DNA of 64,000 bases from Rhizobium sp. (GTDB lineage: Bacteria > Pseudomonadota > Alphaproteobacteria > Rhizobiales > Rhizobiaceae), in contig JARXAQ010000248.1 in the NCBI GenBank assembly GCA_029865825.1, forward strand, positions 4,302-68,301. The letters run 5' to 3'. Of this stretch, positions 39,201 through 47,683 are shown piece by piece. Below the pieces are notes generated by a model that was not told where the DNA came from, searched no databases, and saw only the letters and a list, made by a program, of their open reading frames with translations. Position 1 is the first letter of the stretch, and every line of letters starts with the position of its first letter. The position numbers and the translations under genes are program-made.

Positions 39201-41379
39201 TCAGATCGCGCCCTGGACCCAATCTATGCCCTACGCTCTGGATCTGGTGCGTGAAGCGATCCATGCCGCCCATACCGCCGGCGACGTGGGCTGGGTGTGC
39301 TATGCGCGAAACCATCTCGTGTCGGATCTCATCGTCATGGGCGACGAGATACCTAACATTCGACGGGAGGCCGAAGACGCGATCCTTGTCACCCGGCGCT
39401 TTGGCTATACCGACATTGAGCACATCCTCGCGGCGCAACTTCGGTTGGTCGTCGATCTCGCCGAAGGCACGGGCGAAGCTGGATCTGAAACAGGTCCAAA
39501 GTCGGACATCCCGCCGATTGTCTCGCCCACAACGACCTTCTGGGTGACGTATTACGAAGGCACCTTGCTCTATTTCAACGGCGCTTATGACGCCGCGGTC
39601 GAGAAGCTTGCGATGGCCGATGCCCTCACGCCCTTGCTTCTTGCCCACATCGACACTGCCTACTGCAAGTTCTTCCTTGGTCTGGCTATCGCAGCCTGCG
39701 GGAGAGATCTGGCAAACGGATCGGCGGACCGCGCCCGGTTGGACGAGCTTCGCAGTCGCTTCGCCCATTGGGCAGAGCTCAATCCATTGAACTTCAGCAA
39801 TAAATTGTTGCTTCTCGAAGCAGAGATCGCCCGTCTCGAAAAGAACTATGCAGGCGCCCTGACCCTTTATGAGAAGGCGGCAACCGCGGCCAGTTCGTCA
39901 CGCTTCGAGCATGAGCATGCGCTCGCCCTGGAACGCGCTTCGGTCTGCTGTGTCGAAATGGGCAATCGTATCAGTGCCAGTGCCTATCTGACGCTTGCGG
40001 CCGAGGCATATGGACGCTGGGGCGCGATCAACAAGGCAAAAACCCTTCTGGCCACACGTGCGCCCGACAATGCGAGAGTCTCCCCTCCAACGCTCGAGCT
40101 CGCCTCTGCAACCGGCGAACTGGAAACCGTGCTCGGAACCTCGCTCGCGCTGTCGGAAGAGATCGTTCTCGACCGGGTCATCGAGACCCTGATGACACGA
40201 ATGCTCATTCATGCAGGCGCCAATCGCGGGCTGCTACTCAAGATCGCCGATGGCAGGCTGGAGGCAGAGGCATCCGCCTGGACGGAAGGCGACAGCGTCC
40301 GCGTCAGCACCCTCGATCCGGATCGGTATGGCATCAGCCCACCCTATTCGGTGATTGACCGGGCGCTGCAGACCCGCACCCCCTTCGTCATCTCCGGCTC
40401 CGACTTCGGAGCCTGGGCCGCCGATAAGGTATCCGCGACCGGCCGCTCCATCCTCTGCGTGCCGCTGCTGCGCCGTGGCGAACTGACCGGCCTGCTTTGC
40501 CTCCAGAACGACTATCTTGAAGGCGTCTTCGCCTCTGATACGGTGGCCCTGCTCAAGCTTCTCGCCTCACAGGCGGCCATTTCGCTGGAAAACGCCAGGC
40601 TTTATACCAAGCTGCTGCAGGAAAACGAACTGCGCTCCCGCAGCGAGCAGGCGCTTGCAGGCGCCAGAGCTGAACTCGAGAAGAACGCGCGTTTGACCCT
40701 CCTCGGTGGTATCGCCGCGTCCGTCACGCACGAGCTCGGCCAACCCTTGTCTGCCATTGCGACGAACGCCGGTGCCGGCCTTCGCTGGCTTAGCCGCAGC
40801 GAACCGGACATCGCGGAAACGCTGAGCGTCCTGACCGAAATCGAGACCAGCGTCGCGCGCGCCCATGAAATCATCCGCGCTTTGCGCGCTCTGTCGAAGC
40901 AGGCCCCGAAGGTCGAAGAGATCGTCGACGTCAATGAAGTCATTCTGGAGGTGTTGCGCATCGCAAGATCCGAGGTAGAGCGCCATGGTACCGAAGTCCT
41001 CCTCGAACTCTCTGCTGCGGGAGCCACGGTGCTTGGCGATGCGACTCAGCTCAAGCAGGTGGTGTTGAATCTCGTACACAACGGTATGGAGGCGATGAAC
41101 GATCTTCCGGCCCAAAGCCGCAAGATCGAGATTGTCTCGACACGGACCGAAGCCGAGATCGTGGTAACGGTGCGAGACTTCGGCAGCGGGATATCTCCGC
41201 AGATCGCATCACAGATCTTCGAGCCCATGTTTACGACCAAGGCTTCGGGCATGGGCATGGGCCTTGCGATCTGCAAGTCGATCATCGACGCGCATGAGGG
41301 CGTGCTGAGCGTTACCGGGGAGGGAGTTGGAACAAGGTTTACATTTTTGCTGCCGATTCACCGGCAAACGGCCGTCTGA
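36298..41379 (+). CDS. Trifunctional Ser/Thr kinase-like / AAA (STAND) ATPase / GAF / histidine kinase
   Basis: YRAPEQ...SDLYALG kinase C-lobe; GQPGVGKS Walker A; LFLDDVQWAD Walker B; FAHDRIQEAAY; GAF ending ISLENARLY; THELGQPL; N, G1, F and G2 boxes. Confidence 0.93.
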   Translation: MLQLARDSGMFDQAWLRASNQTLVWQSGGASLCRLSQGDGVWDALILPRARDGSRSQQIDPHLRRHPNADAWLDSPVAIVEEPEHRVLVFDTASIILKLLSPAPAPLDDFLPLALSMVRALSAAHVDGAPLGSLHPIDFAIDRHGDLRLRTLPVTASAQTIGVIDEIVYRAPEQLRHVAPHSDSRSDLYALGMILFRHLTGIFPLAANSPVEWRHAHLALAPMDAGSIFADLPAVIGQILRRLLAKEPAARYQTALALEVDLARCEQEWREKRFISDFEIGRVDTPFAQLGTSALFGRGEEEEILSNVLERFLDHGKPSMISVHGQPGVGKSSLIHSLGKEAAEKALFIQGKSDQHQSEVPYGPVVQAISAFIDEAMRADHATLASLRKALARELQGNAALLLDLLPSMEVLTGPQAIRIEVPGPMVQLRLQRALRTVLSVAATTLSPLILFLDDVQWADEATRSFLSVLVSEPVTGLLLIVARRDQSGEAQALSDRLMADARVSVAELADLHLRPLSLQSTRQMLEAIFSDAPQGILDLAATLQEKTGGNPFYLRRLLQALVQDGVVYFSPGEQAWLCRVEDVARYPASDNIISFVTARLEKEGQEALRLLQTMACIGPEAEKSVLASALGQSEESLLQLAAPLARSGFVLLSPTRLSFAHDRIQEAAYSLMDGPTRRGRHLHLVDVMMSLWDSGTNAAAFAIANQIEQCRAEHLPIEKRKLFIEALLAALVHARRSAAFSQAVRYGETAVSLVQDDLWADHYALSFSAHTLLCEALLGAASLEAAEARLKDLLQYARSALDRSVVFRLRANLLTLKSDYDGAIDESLLGLGELGVKLARGSSEEEQDQAYRDIRRRLAGRQISDLEHLPTMEDPKIRAAMSLLAPLISSVFTTDGLRFLHLAKMVELTLEHGACPESTYGLGWFGVLIADKYGAYHDGLSFGLAARALVDKYGFEHLRTSVLVGVDQIAPWTQSMPYALDLVREAIHAAHTAGDVGWVCYARNHLVSDLIVMGDEIPNIRREAEDAILVTRRFGYTDIEHILAAQLRLVVDLAEGTGEAGSETGPKSDIPPIVSPTTTFWVTYYEGTLLYFNGAYDAAVEKLAMADALTPLLLAHIDTAYCKFFLGLAIAACGRDLANGSADRARLDELRSRFAHWAELNPLNFSNKLLLLEAEIARLEKNYAGALTLYEKAATAASSSRFEHEHALALERASVCCVEMGNRISASAYLTLAAEAYGRWGAINKAKTLLATRAPDNARVSPPTLELASATGELETVLGTSLALSEEIVLDRVIETLMTRMLIHAGANRGLLLKIADGRLEAEASAWTEGDSVRVSTLDPDRYGISPPYSVIDRALQTRTPFVISGSDFGAWAADKVSATGRSILCVPLLRRGELTGLLCLQNDYLEGVFASDTVALLKLLASQAAISLENARLYTKLLQENELRSRSEQALAGARAELEKNARLTLLGGIAASVTHELGQPLSAIATNAGAGLRWLSRSEPDIAETLSVLTEIETSVARAHEIIRALRALSKQAPKVEEIVDVNEVILEVLRIARSEVERHGTEVLLELSAAGATVLGDATQLKQVVLNLVHNGMEAMNDLPAQSRKIEIVSTRTEAEIVVTVRDFGSGISPQIASQIFEPMFTTKASGMGMGLAICKSIIDAHEGVLSVTGEGVGTRFTFLLPIHRQTAV

Positions 41380-41462
41380 CATCAGTTGTACAATCGGCTT
41401 TGCATCCCCTTGATGATGGTCGCCGGGCGAGAGCGAAGGCTGGAAGCGCAACCTGGATCCAC

Positions 41463-42326
41463 TCAAGTGTAGAGCGCAGCCATTGCCGTGATGTTGGCCC
41501 CACCAAGTCCCTGCTTCTGTGCCATTTGAAATGCGGCGAGCGTCATTTCGGCGCTCGGGACCGCTGCGAGCGAGGTAGTGGCAGTCTCGAGCAGGTAGGC
41601 GAGGTCCTTGCTCATCAGATCGATTGTGAAAAGCGGGGCGTTGTCGCCCGCCGCCATCATCCTCGCCGCCCCCGCGATCGGCGGCGCAACAATCGGGAAC
41701 TGACCGATCAACTCTGCCGCACGCGTCACCGTAAAGCCATTGCGTGACAGGAACCCCAACACTTCGGCGATGCTGGCCAATTGGGCGGCAAAAAGCGCAT
41801 TGATCGAAAGCTTCAGCAACGCACCACTGCCCTGCGGGCCGACATGCATGACCTTGGCGGCCATGCACTCAAGAAGGGGTCTGGCAGCGTCGAAACAGGC
41901 CAGCGGACCGCCGACCATGAAAACCAACTGCCTGCCCTCCGCTTGTGGGCGTGACCCAGACATCGGAGCGTCGAGAAACTGGGCGCCTTTTGCATTCACC
42001 AGACGACCCAATTCAAGCGCCCAGACGGGCGTCGTGGTGGAACACTCTATGGCTGTCGCGCCTGCTTTCAAGCCATTCAACGCGCCGGATGCGGGGTCGG
42101 TCCAAACCGCGCGGGTGGCCAAGTCGTCCGTCAGCACCGTCAAAACGAAGTCCGCGTGAAGCGCCGCCTCCCTCGGCGTTGTCGCGACATGCGCACCAAG
42201 ATCGCGCAATGCGACTGCCTTCTTGCCGTCGCGGTTCCAAACGGTGACGGAGTGGCCTGTATTGATGAGATTCACGGCCATCCGAGAGCCCATGGCACCC
42301 ATTCCGAGCAGAGCTATTTGTGACAT
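41463..42326 (-). CDS. NAD(P)-dependent oxidoreductase (3-hydroxyisobutyrate dehydrogenase family)
   Basis: GMGAMG, WNR, DAPMSGS, LKLSIN. Confidence 0.92.
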   Translation of the reverse strand: MSQIALLGMGAMGSRMAVNLINTGHSVTVWNRDGKKAVALRDLGAHVATTPREAALHADFVLTVLTDDLATRAVWTDPASGALNGLKAGATAIECSTTTPVWALELGRLVNAKGAQFLDAPMSGSRPQAEGRQLVFMVGGPLACFDAARPLLECMAAKVMHVGPQGSGALLKLSINALFAAQLASIAEVLGFLSRNGFTVTRAAELIGQFPIVAPPIAGAARMMAAGDNAPLFTIDLMSKDLAYLLETATTSLAAVPSAEMTLAAFQMAQKQGLGGANITAMAALYT

Positions 42327-42964
42327 GTCCCGATCCCTCTATCGATAGAAATGGGAAGCGCTCGTCGCCTGCGCTTCCTAAGGCGATCATGCAACCTTTG
42401 CGCGGTTAGTGAAACCCATGCGAGGGCCGGATCCGCCATGAAAGCCTCTTTCTCGGTCTTCGTGATGTGGTTTGTGTAGTTGGAGATCATCTTGGTGGCC
42501 GCCATCGTCACGACCTCCAGCACATTCGCCCTTGTAAAACCGGCTGCAAGGAAATCGTCGACGGCGACGTCGCTCACACGACCACGGACACGGACCACTG
42601 TTTCTGTGAAAAGATGCAGAGCCTGAAGGCGGACATCGGCGATCGGTTCCCCGTTGCGCAGGGCGGCGATCGTGGCCTCATCCATCTTCACCATGCGGGA
42701 GAGATAGGTGTGACCCGCCGTGCAATATTCACATTCATGGAAGACGTTGATCGCCTGATAGGCCACCTGCACCTCAATGGGATTGAGGGTCGCCTTTGAT
42801 GCAACCAAGCCGAAGAGCGTGTCATAGGCCTCCAGGGCAAGTGGGCTTTCGGCAAGATTGCCGTGGAGCTTCGGCACGAACCCCCACGCCTTCTGAACTT
42901 CGGCGAGCCTTGCGCGCGAAGCCTCCGGTGCGGTGTCGATGGTATGGGAGGTGAAGGTGGTCAT
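42314..42964 (-). CDS. Carboxymuconolactone decarboxylase/AhpD-like protein, probably with a 3' frameshift extension
   Basis: GFVPKL, CEYCTAGH, FLAAGF, NYTNH; alternative-frame ending NRAKVA* at 42387. Confidence 0.85.
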   Translation of the reverse strand: MTTFTSHTIDTAPEASRARLAEVQKAWGFVPKLHGNLAESPLALEAYDTLFGLVASKATLNPIEVQVAYQAINVFHECEYCTAGHTYLSRMVKMDEATIAALRNGEPIADVRLQALHLFTETVVRVRGRVSDVAVDDFLAAGFTRANVLEVVTMAATKMISNYTNHITKTEKEAFMADPALAWVSLTAQRLHDRLRKRRRRALPISIDRGIGTCHK

Positions 42965-43055
42965 GGCGGCTATCCTTGTGAAAATCTCTGCGGCAAGTCC
43001 GCTCGAAATGTTTATTACTCAGACATTGCCAGATAAACCGCTTGCAAATCACGAT

Positions 43056-43078
43056 ATTCATGCCGAATGTGCATGAAT
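43056..43078. promoter_or_regulatory. LysR autoregulatory box overlapping the start codon
   Basis: Perfect ATTCATGC-N7-GCATGAAT. Confidence 0.7.
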
Positions 43079-43987
43079 GGATATCAAAGCCCTTGAACTT
43101 TTCGCTGCGGTCGCCCGGAGAGGATCGTTTGCTGCTGTCGCCAAGGAGTTTGATCTAGATCCGTCCTCGATCTCGCGGGCAGTTAGCGAGCTTGAGGCAG
43201 AACTGGGCCTCAGGCTGTTACAGCGCACTACGCGTTCAATGGCCTTGACCGAGGCCGGTGATCTCTATCTCAGCCGCATCGAGCCACTGATCGAGGAACT
43301 CAGCCATGCGCGGGATGCGGCGAGCCAAATATCTGGCGCCCCGCACGGTCTGCTGCGGGTTACGGCGTCCGTGACATTCGGCCAGATGCGCATTTTGCCA
43401 CTGCTGCCAACGTTTCGAGCGCGCTTTCCCGATATCAGGGTCGAATTCGTATTCACCGACGAGAACATGGACCTCGTTAGCCAGCGCATCGACGTCGCGG
43501 TGCGCCTTGGGCCGGTCGTGGAGGGGGATCTGATCGCTGCCAAATTGATGGACACGCGCTATCGCGTTGTCGCCAGCCCAACTTATCTGAGCACGCATCC
43601 ACCCTTGAGAGTGCCAGTTGATTTGCAGCACCACAAAGTGCTGCTGTTCACCCTTCGGGCCTTTCGCACGAGCTGGTTGTTTCGCGATGAGGAGGGACGA
43701 GAAGAAAGCGTACCGATCGCTGGCGACATCACGCTTGCGCCAGCCGGCTCGCTGCTTTCAGCCGCCCTTTTGGGAATGGGGCCAGCCTTGCTGCCAAACT
43801 GGCTCGTGGACGACGCAATTGCGATGGGCCACCTGGTGGACGTATTCCCCCATCACCGGGTGACCGCAACCACGTTTGAAACAGCGGCCTGGCTGGTTAT
43901 CCAAGCCGTTCCTATTTGCCGAGCAAAGTCAGGGTATTCGCAGATTTCCTCAAGGAGAACCTGCGGAGCTTTAACCTCGCGCAGTAA
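43077..43987 (+). pseudogene. LysR family regulator with a 1-nt deletion near 43897
   Basis: Intact HTH; the canonical tail YPSRSYLPSKVRVFADFL lies in another frame ending at TAA 43985-43987, while the current frame runs to 44045. Confidence 0.8.
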
Positions 43988-44073
43988 GAAGATCGTGCAC
44001 GTAACGTTGCCTCGCACGCTGCGGAAGTTGGGCTCTTTGGGATGACCGCATGTCCCCTTATTCATCTCCCACT

Positions 44074-44253
44074 TCAGTTTCCGAAAGTCAGCTGACGGCC
44101 GATCATCTGCGCCTTTTCGTGATTCGAACAATGAAGGGTCAGTGAAAGTCGGCTGCCTGGCGAGCAGTGAATGAAGGCGGCTGGAATACGTGGCCGCCAG
44201 TAGAAGATGTTTCCTCGACGGATGAGATTTTCGACCTCGTGGCGTACCACCAT
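44074..44253 (-). pseudogene. Truncated DUF6538-type N-terminal domain of an island integrase
   Basis: MVVRHEVENLIRRGNIFYWRPRIP...RLSLTL...; no catalytic domain follows; about 160 bp from the tRNA 3' end. Confidence 0.7.
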
Positions 44254-44289
44254 GACGGAAATATCCTGACTCTGACCCAGGGTGCGTGC

Positions 44290-44350
44290 GTCGCCGATTC
44301 CGGCTTGGGCATCACCTTTGGGCATCAGTTCTGGGCATCAGGTCGCCGAT
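44290..44350. repeat. 13-bp-phased direct repeats (putative integrase arm sites)
   Basis: TGGGCATCA at 44306, 44319 and 44332; GTCGCCGAT at 44290 and 44342. Confidence 0.8.
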
Positions 44351-44411
44351 GACGCCAAAACGGGATCCGGCACGACGGAAAAACGTGGAAATTGGGGCTT
44401 TTTGGGAGAAT

Positions 44412-44485
44412 TGGCTGGGGAACCTGGATTCGAACCAAGATTAACGGAGTCAGAGTCCGTCGTTCTACCGTTGAACTATTCCCCA
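44412..44485 (-). tRNA. tRNA-Gln(CTG)
   Basis: TGGGGAATAGTTCAACGGTAGAACG-ACGGA-CTCTGAC-TCCGT-TAATCTTGGTTCGAATCCAGGTTCCCCAGCCA cloverleaf with encoded CCA. Confidence 0.97.
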
Positions 44486-44770
44486 CCAGGGTATCGCTTG
44501 AGCGATCGGTGAGCGGGCTTATAGACAAAAGCGTCTGCGTTGCAAAGACCCAAATCGCAAAAAAATCATCGAACTTGGAAGCTTTGTCGGCAGGCGCCTT
44601 TCTCAGCCACTTTGCTGCGACGGGGGCGCGGGCGGAGCCTTGCCGGGCGGCTCAGAAAAACCGTTTGGCGCGAGGGGCTTGCGCTGGTATGCTTTGCCCA
44701 ACGAAACGAATGATCAAACCAGCGGCATGCGTCGACCTTGGCGCCTTGCGCGGTTCAGTGGACAACTTCA

Positions 44771-46489
44771 GTGACAGACCCCAATCGCGGCGGACAGCCG
44801 AAAAACGAGGGGGCGTCGACAGGCAGGCGCAAGGGCGGGTCGAACCGCCGGCGCGGCAAGGGCAAGACAGCGGGGCCGGTCAACGGTCTCGATGCGTCTG
44901 CTTCGGCAGGATCGGCGGCAGCGCCGGTCCCTGATCGACGTTCCGAAACGGTGCTTACGGATGGCCCCATCCGCAAGAGGAAGCGTCGCAGGCGCGGCAA
45001 GGGCTCTCCGGCGATCTCGGCACAAGCCCATCCGCACAGGCATGGCGAAATCGAGCCTGCTCGTTCGTCCGATTCGGGCGAGCGTCCGGTGTCGGGCGGT
45101 GCTGACGTGGGCACGCAGTCTCGTCCGTCTCCGCCGCATGCATCCCCCCGCCCGGGTGAGCAACAGCGCCATGGCGCCGGTGCTTCCCACGGCGAAACGA
45201 CCACAGACCGGGGTGATGCACCGTCCGGCCGCAAGGGTCGTCGCAACCGCAACAGACGTGGCCCGGCGTCGAAGCCTGGACATGTGCGTCCGTTGGCCGG
45301 GTCCGAGCCACCGTCGGCCGCCCAAAAGGCGCGCGCCGCCGATCAGGCACTCCTGCACAAGCCGGCGCCGGCCAAGCTGCATGCCCCGCGTCCCGCACCG
45401 GCCCCTGCGGCCGATCGGCCGCGCGGTCCCTGGGACTTCGCCTCGGACGATCTCTATGCGGCTCTTGATCTCGGCACCAACAACTGCCGGCTTTTGATTG
45501 CCCAGCCGACGCGGCCCGGCCAGTTTCGTGTCGTGGATGCCTTCTCCCGCATCGTCCGGCTCGGCGAGGGGCTCGGTGCCACCGGACGGCTGTCGCAGGA
45601 TGCCATGGACCGCGCTGTCGAGGCGCTGCGCATCTGCGCCTCGAAGCTCGCCGGCCGGGACATCCGCCGCATGCGCCTGATTGCCACCGAGGCCTGCCGG
45701 GCGGCGGAGAACGGCGAGAGTTTCCTTGAACGGGTGACGGCCGAAACCGGCCTGAAGCTCGAAATCATCAACCGCGAGACCGAGGCGCGCCTCGCCGTGT
45801 CCGGCTGCTCGTCGCTGGTTGGCCGTGAGGCCCGCTCCGTCGTGCTCTTCGACATCGGCGGCGGCTCATCGGAAATCGCCGTCATTCGCATCGCCGACAA
45901 CCGCTCCAGCCGGCTCGCCAACCACATCACCCATTGGACCTCGCTGCCCGTCGGCGTCGTGACGCTGTCGGAGCGCCATGGCGGCCGCGATGTGACACCC
46001 GATGTGTTCGAGGCGATGACGGCGGAGGTGGGCGACATGTTGTCCAGCTTCGATTGCCCGGATCTGGCGCTTGGCGCGGACGGCATACCGGAAGATTTTC
46101 ACCTGATCGGCACCTCCGGCACGGTGACGACGCTGGCCGGCGTGCATCTCGACCTGCCGCGTTACGACCGCCGCAAGGTCGATGGCCTGTGGCTGACCGA
46201 CGCCGAGGTCTCCGCGATGCAGGCCAAGCTCCTGTCCTGGGATTATGCCGGCCGCGCTGCCAATCCCTGCATCGGGCCAGATCGCGCCGATCTGGTGCTC
46301 GCCGGCTGCGCCATCCTGGAAGCGATCCGCCGCCGCTGGCCGTCGACACGAATGCGGGTTGCCGATCGCGGCCTGCGCGAAGGACTTTTGACCGACATGA
46401 TGGCCGATGACGGCGTGTGGCGACGCGGCCGCAGCCGCCGCCCACAGGCAATGTCACAGACGACGCCGCAGACGACGAGGGAACGCTGA
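44771..46489 (+). CDS. ppx: Ppx/GppA phosphatase with a long disordered N-terminus
   Basis: [34 protein letters not shown]. Confidence 0.9.
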   Translation: MTDPNRGGQPKNEGASTGRRKGGSNRRRGKGKTAGPVNGLDASASAGSAAAPVPDRRSETVLTDGPIRKRKRRRRGKGSPAISAQAHPHRHGEIEPARSSDSGERPVSGGADVGTQSRPSPPHASPRPGEQQRHGAGASHGETTTDRGDAPSGRKGRRNRNRRGPASKPGHVRPLAGSEPPSAAQKARAADQALLHKPAPAKLHAPRPAPAPAADRPRGPWDFASDDLYAALDLGTNNCRLLIAQPTRPGQFRVVDAFSRIVRLGEGLGATGRLSQDAMDRAVEALRICASKLAGRDIRRMRLIATEACRAAENGESFLERVTAETGLKLEIINRETEARLAVSGCSSLVGREARSVVLFDIGGGSSEIAVIRIADNRSSRLANHITHWTSLPVGVVTLSERHGGRDVTPDVFEAMTAEVGDMLSSFDCPDLALGADGIPEDFHLIGTSGTVTTLAGVHLDLPRYDRRKVDGLWLTDAEVSAMQAKLLSWDYAGRAANPCIGPDRADLVLAGCAILEAIRRRWPSTRMRVADRGLREGLLTDMMADDGVWRRGRSRRPQAMSQTTPQTTRER

Positions 46490-46491
46490 CC

Positions 46492-47274
46492 ATGGCAAAG
46501 CCACCCATTGCCGGCAACAGAACCGGCCGCAAACTCGGCCAGAAGGTCAAGAAAGGCAAGCTGAAGGCCTCGTCCAGACGCTGGCTTGAGCGCCATATCA
46601 ACGACCCCTATGTCCAGCGCGCCAAGCTCGAGGGGTATCGCGCCCGCGCGGCCTTCAAGCTGCTGGAGATCGACGAGAAGCATCAGATCCTGAAAGGTGC
46701 CACCCGCATCATCGATCTGGGTGCCGCCCCCGGCAGCTGGTCGCAGATCGCCGCCAAGGTGACCGATTCGTCCGATGACGATATCCGTGTTGCAGCCATC
46801 GACTTTCTCGAAATGGCCCAGCTGCCCGGCGTCAAGATCCTGCAGCTCGACTTCCTCGATCCCGATGCACCGCGCCAACTGATCGAAGCCGTCGGCGGTA
46901 CGCCCAATCTCGTCTTGTCGGACATGGCGGCCCCGACCACCGGCCACCAGAAGACGGACCACATCCGCACCATGCATCTGTGCGAGGTCGCGGCCCATTT
47001 TGCCGTGGAAGTCCTGGCCGAAGGCGGACATTTCCTTGCCAAGACCTTCCAGGGCGGCACGGAAAAGGACCTGCTCAACATGTTGAAGCAGAATTTCCGC
47101 CAGGTGCTGCACATCAAGCCGGCCTCGTCGCGCCAGGAATCGGTTGAAATGTTCCTGCTCGCCAAGGGCTTCAAGGGCAAGAATGGCCCCGGCATCGTCG
47201 TGCTCGACGACGAGGGTTTCGCCCGCGATCCGCGTGAAGATATCCCCGCCGACGAGGATCAGGATCAGGACTGA
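46492..47274 (+). CDS. rlmE: 23S rRNA Um2552 methyltransferase
   Basis: [35 protein letters not shown]. Confidence 0.95.
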   Translation: MAKPPIAGNRTGRKLGQKVKKGKLKASSRRWLERHINDPYVQRAKLEGYRARAAFKLLEIDEKHQILKGATRIIDLGAAPGSWSQIAAKVTDSSDDDIRVAAIDFLEMAQLPGVKILQLDFLDPDAPRQLIEAVGGTPNLVLSDMAAPTTGHQKTDHIRTMHLCEVAAHFAVEVLAEGGHFLAKTFQGGTEKDLLNMLKQNFRQVLHIKPASSRQESVEMFLLAKGFKGKNGPGIVVLDDEGFARDPREDIPADEDQDQD

Positions 47275-47288
47275 AGGCAGCGACACGC

Positions 47289-47672
47289 ATGTTCACCTAC
47301 ATCACCGTCGGCATCAATGATCTGCCCCGGGCCATTCGTTTTTATGACGCGGTTCTGGCGACCCTCGACATCGAGCGTCGGGAAGTCGATGACAACGAAG
47401 CCGGATATGCTGTCGCCGGAGACACCCGCTGCCGGTTCTGGATCAACCATCCCTTCGACCGTCAGCCAGCGACGTCAGGCAATGGCGCGATGCCGGCCTT
47501 TGAGGCATCATCGCGGGCGGCCGTCGATGCCTTCCATGCCGCAGCGCTCGCGCATGGCGGCACCGATGACGGCGTGCCGGGCATCCGCCATTTCCATCCC
47601 AATTTTTACGCCTGTTATGTCCGCGATCCGGATGGCAACAAGCTCTCCGCGCTCTGCGAACGGCCGGAGTGA
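47289..47672 (+). CDS. VOC family protein
   Basis: ITVGINDL..AIRFYD; GGTDDGVPGIR; YVRDPDGNKL. Confidence 0.9.
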   Translation: MFTYITVGINDLPRAIRFYDAVLATLDIERREVDDNEAGYAVAGDTRCRFWINHPFDRQPATSGNGAMPAFEASSRAAVDAFHAAALAHGGTDDGVPGIRHFHPNFYACYVRDPDGNKLSALCERPE

Positions 47673-47683
47673 TCTGCGCGTCA

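Larger units (their letters stand above)
1..44411. mobile_element. Probable degenerate genomic island at tRNA-Gln (far boundary not visible)
   Basis: Integrase remnant and repeats at the tRNA 3' end; only accessory-type genes on this side; several gene lesions; housekeeping genes begin across the tRNA. Confidence 0.55.

Noticed and set aside
36298-41379. Avs-type antiphage STAND protein
   Set aside because: The output is a histidine kinase with cognate response regulators; no nuclease, SIR2 or TIR effector and no defence-gene context
1-44000. Second att copy (tRNA-Gln 3' end) marking the other island border
   Set aside because: Not seen by eye in this window; it may lie outside or be deleted
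44290-44350. Short repeats as a CRISPR array
   Set aside because: 9-bp units with 4-bp spacers and no cas genes; fits protein-binding arm sites
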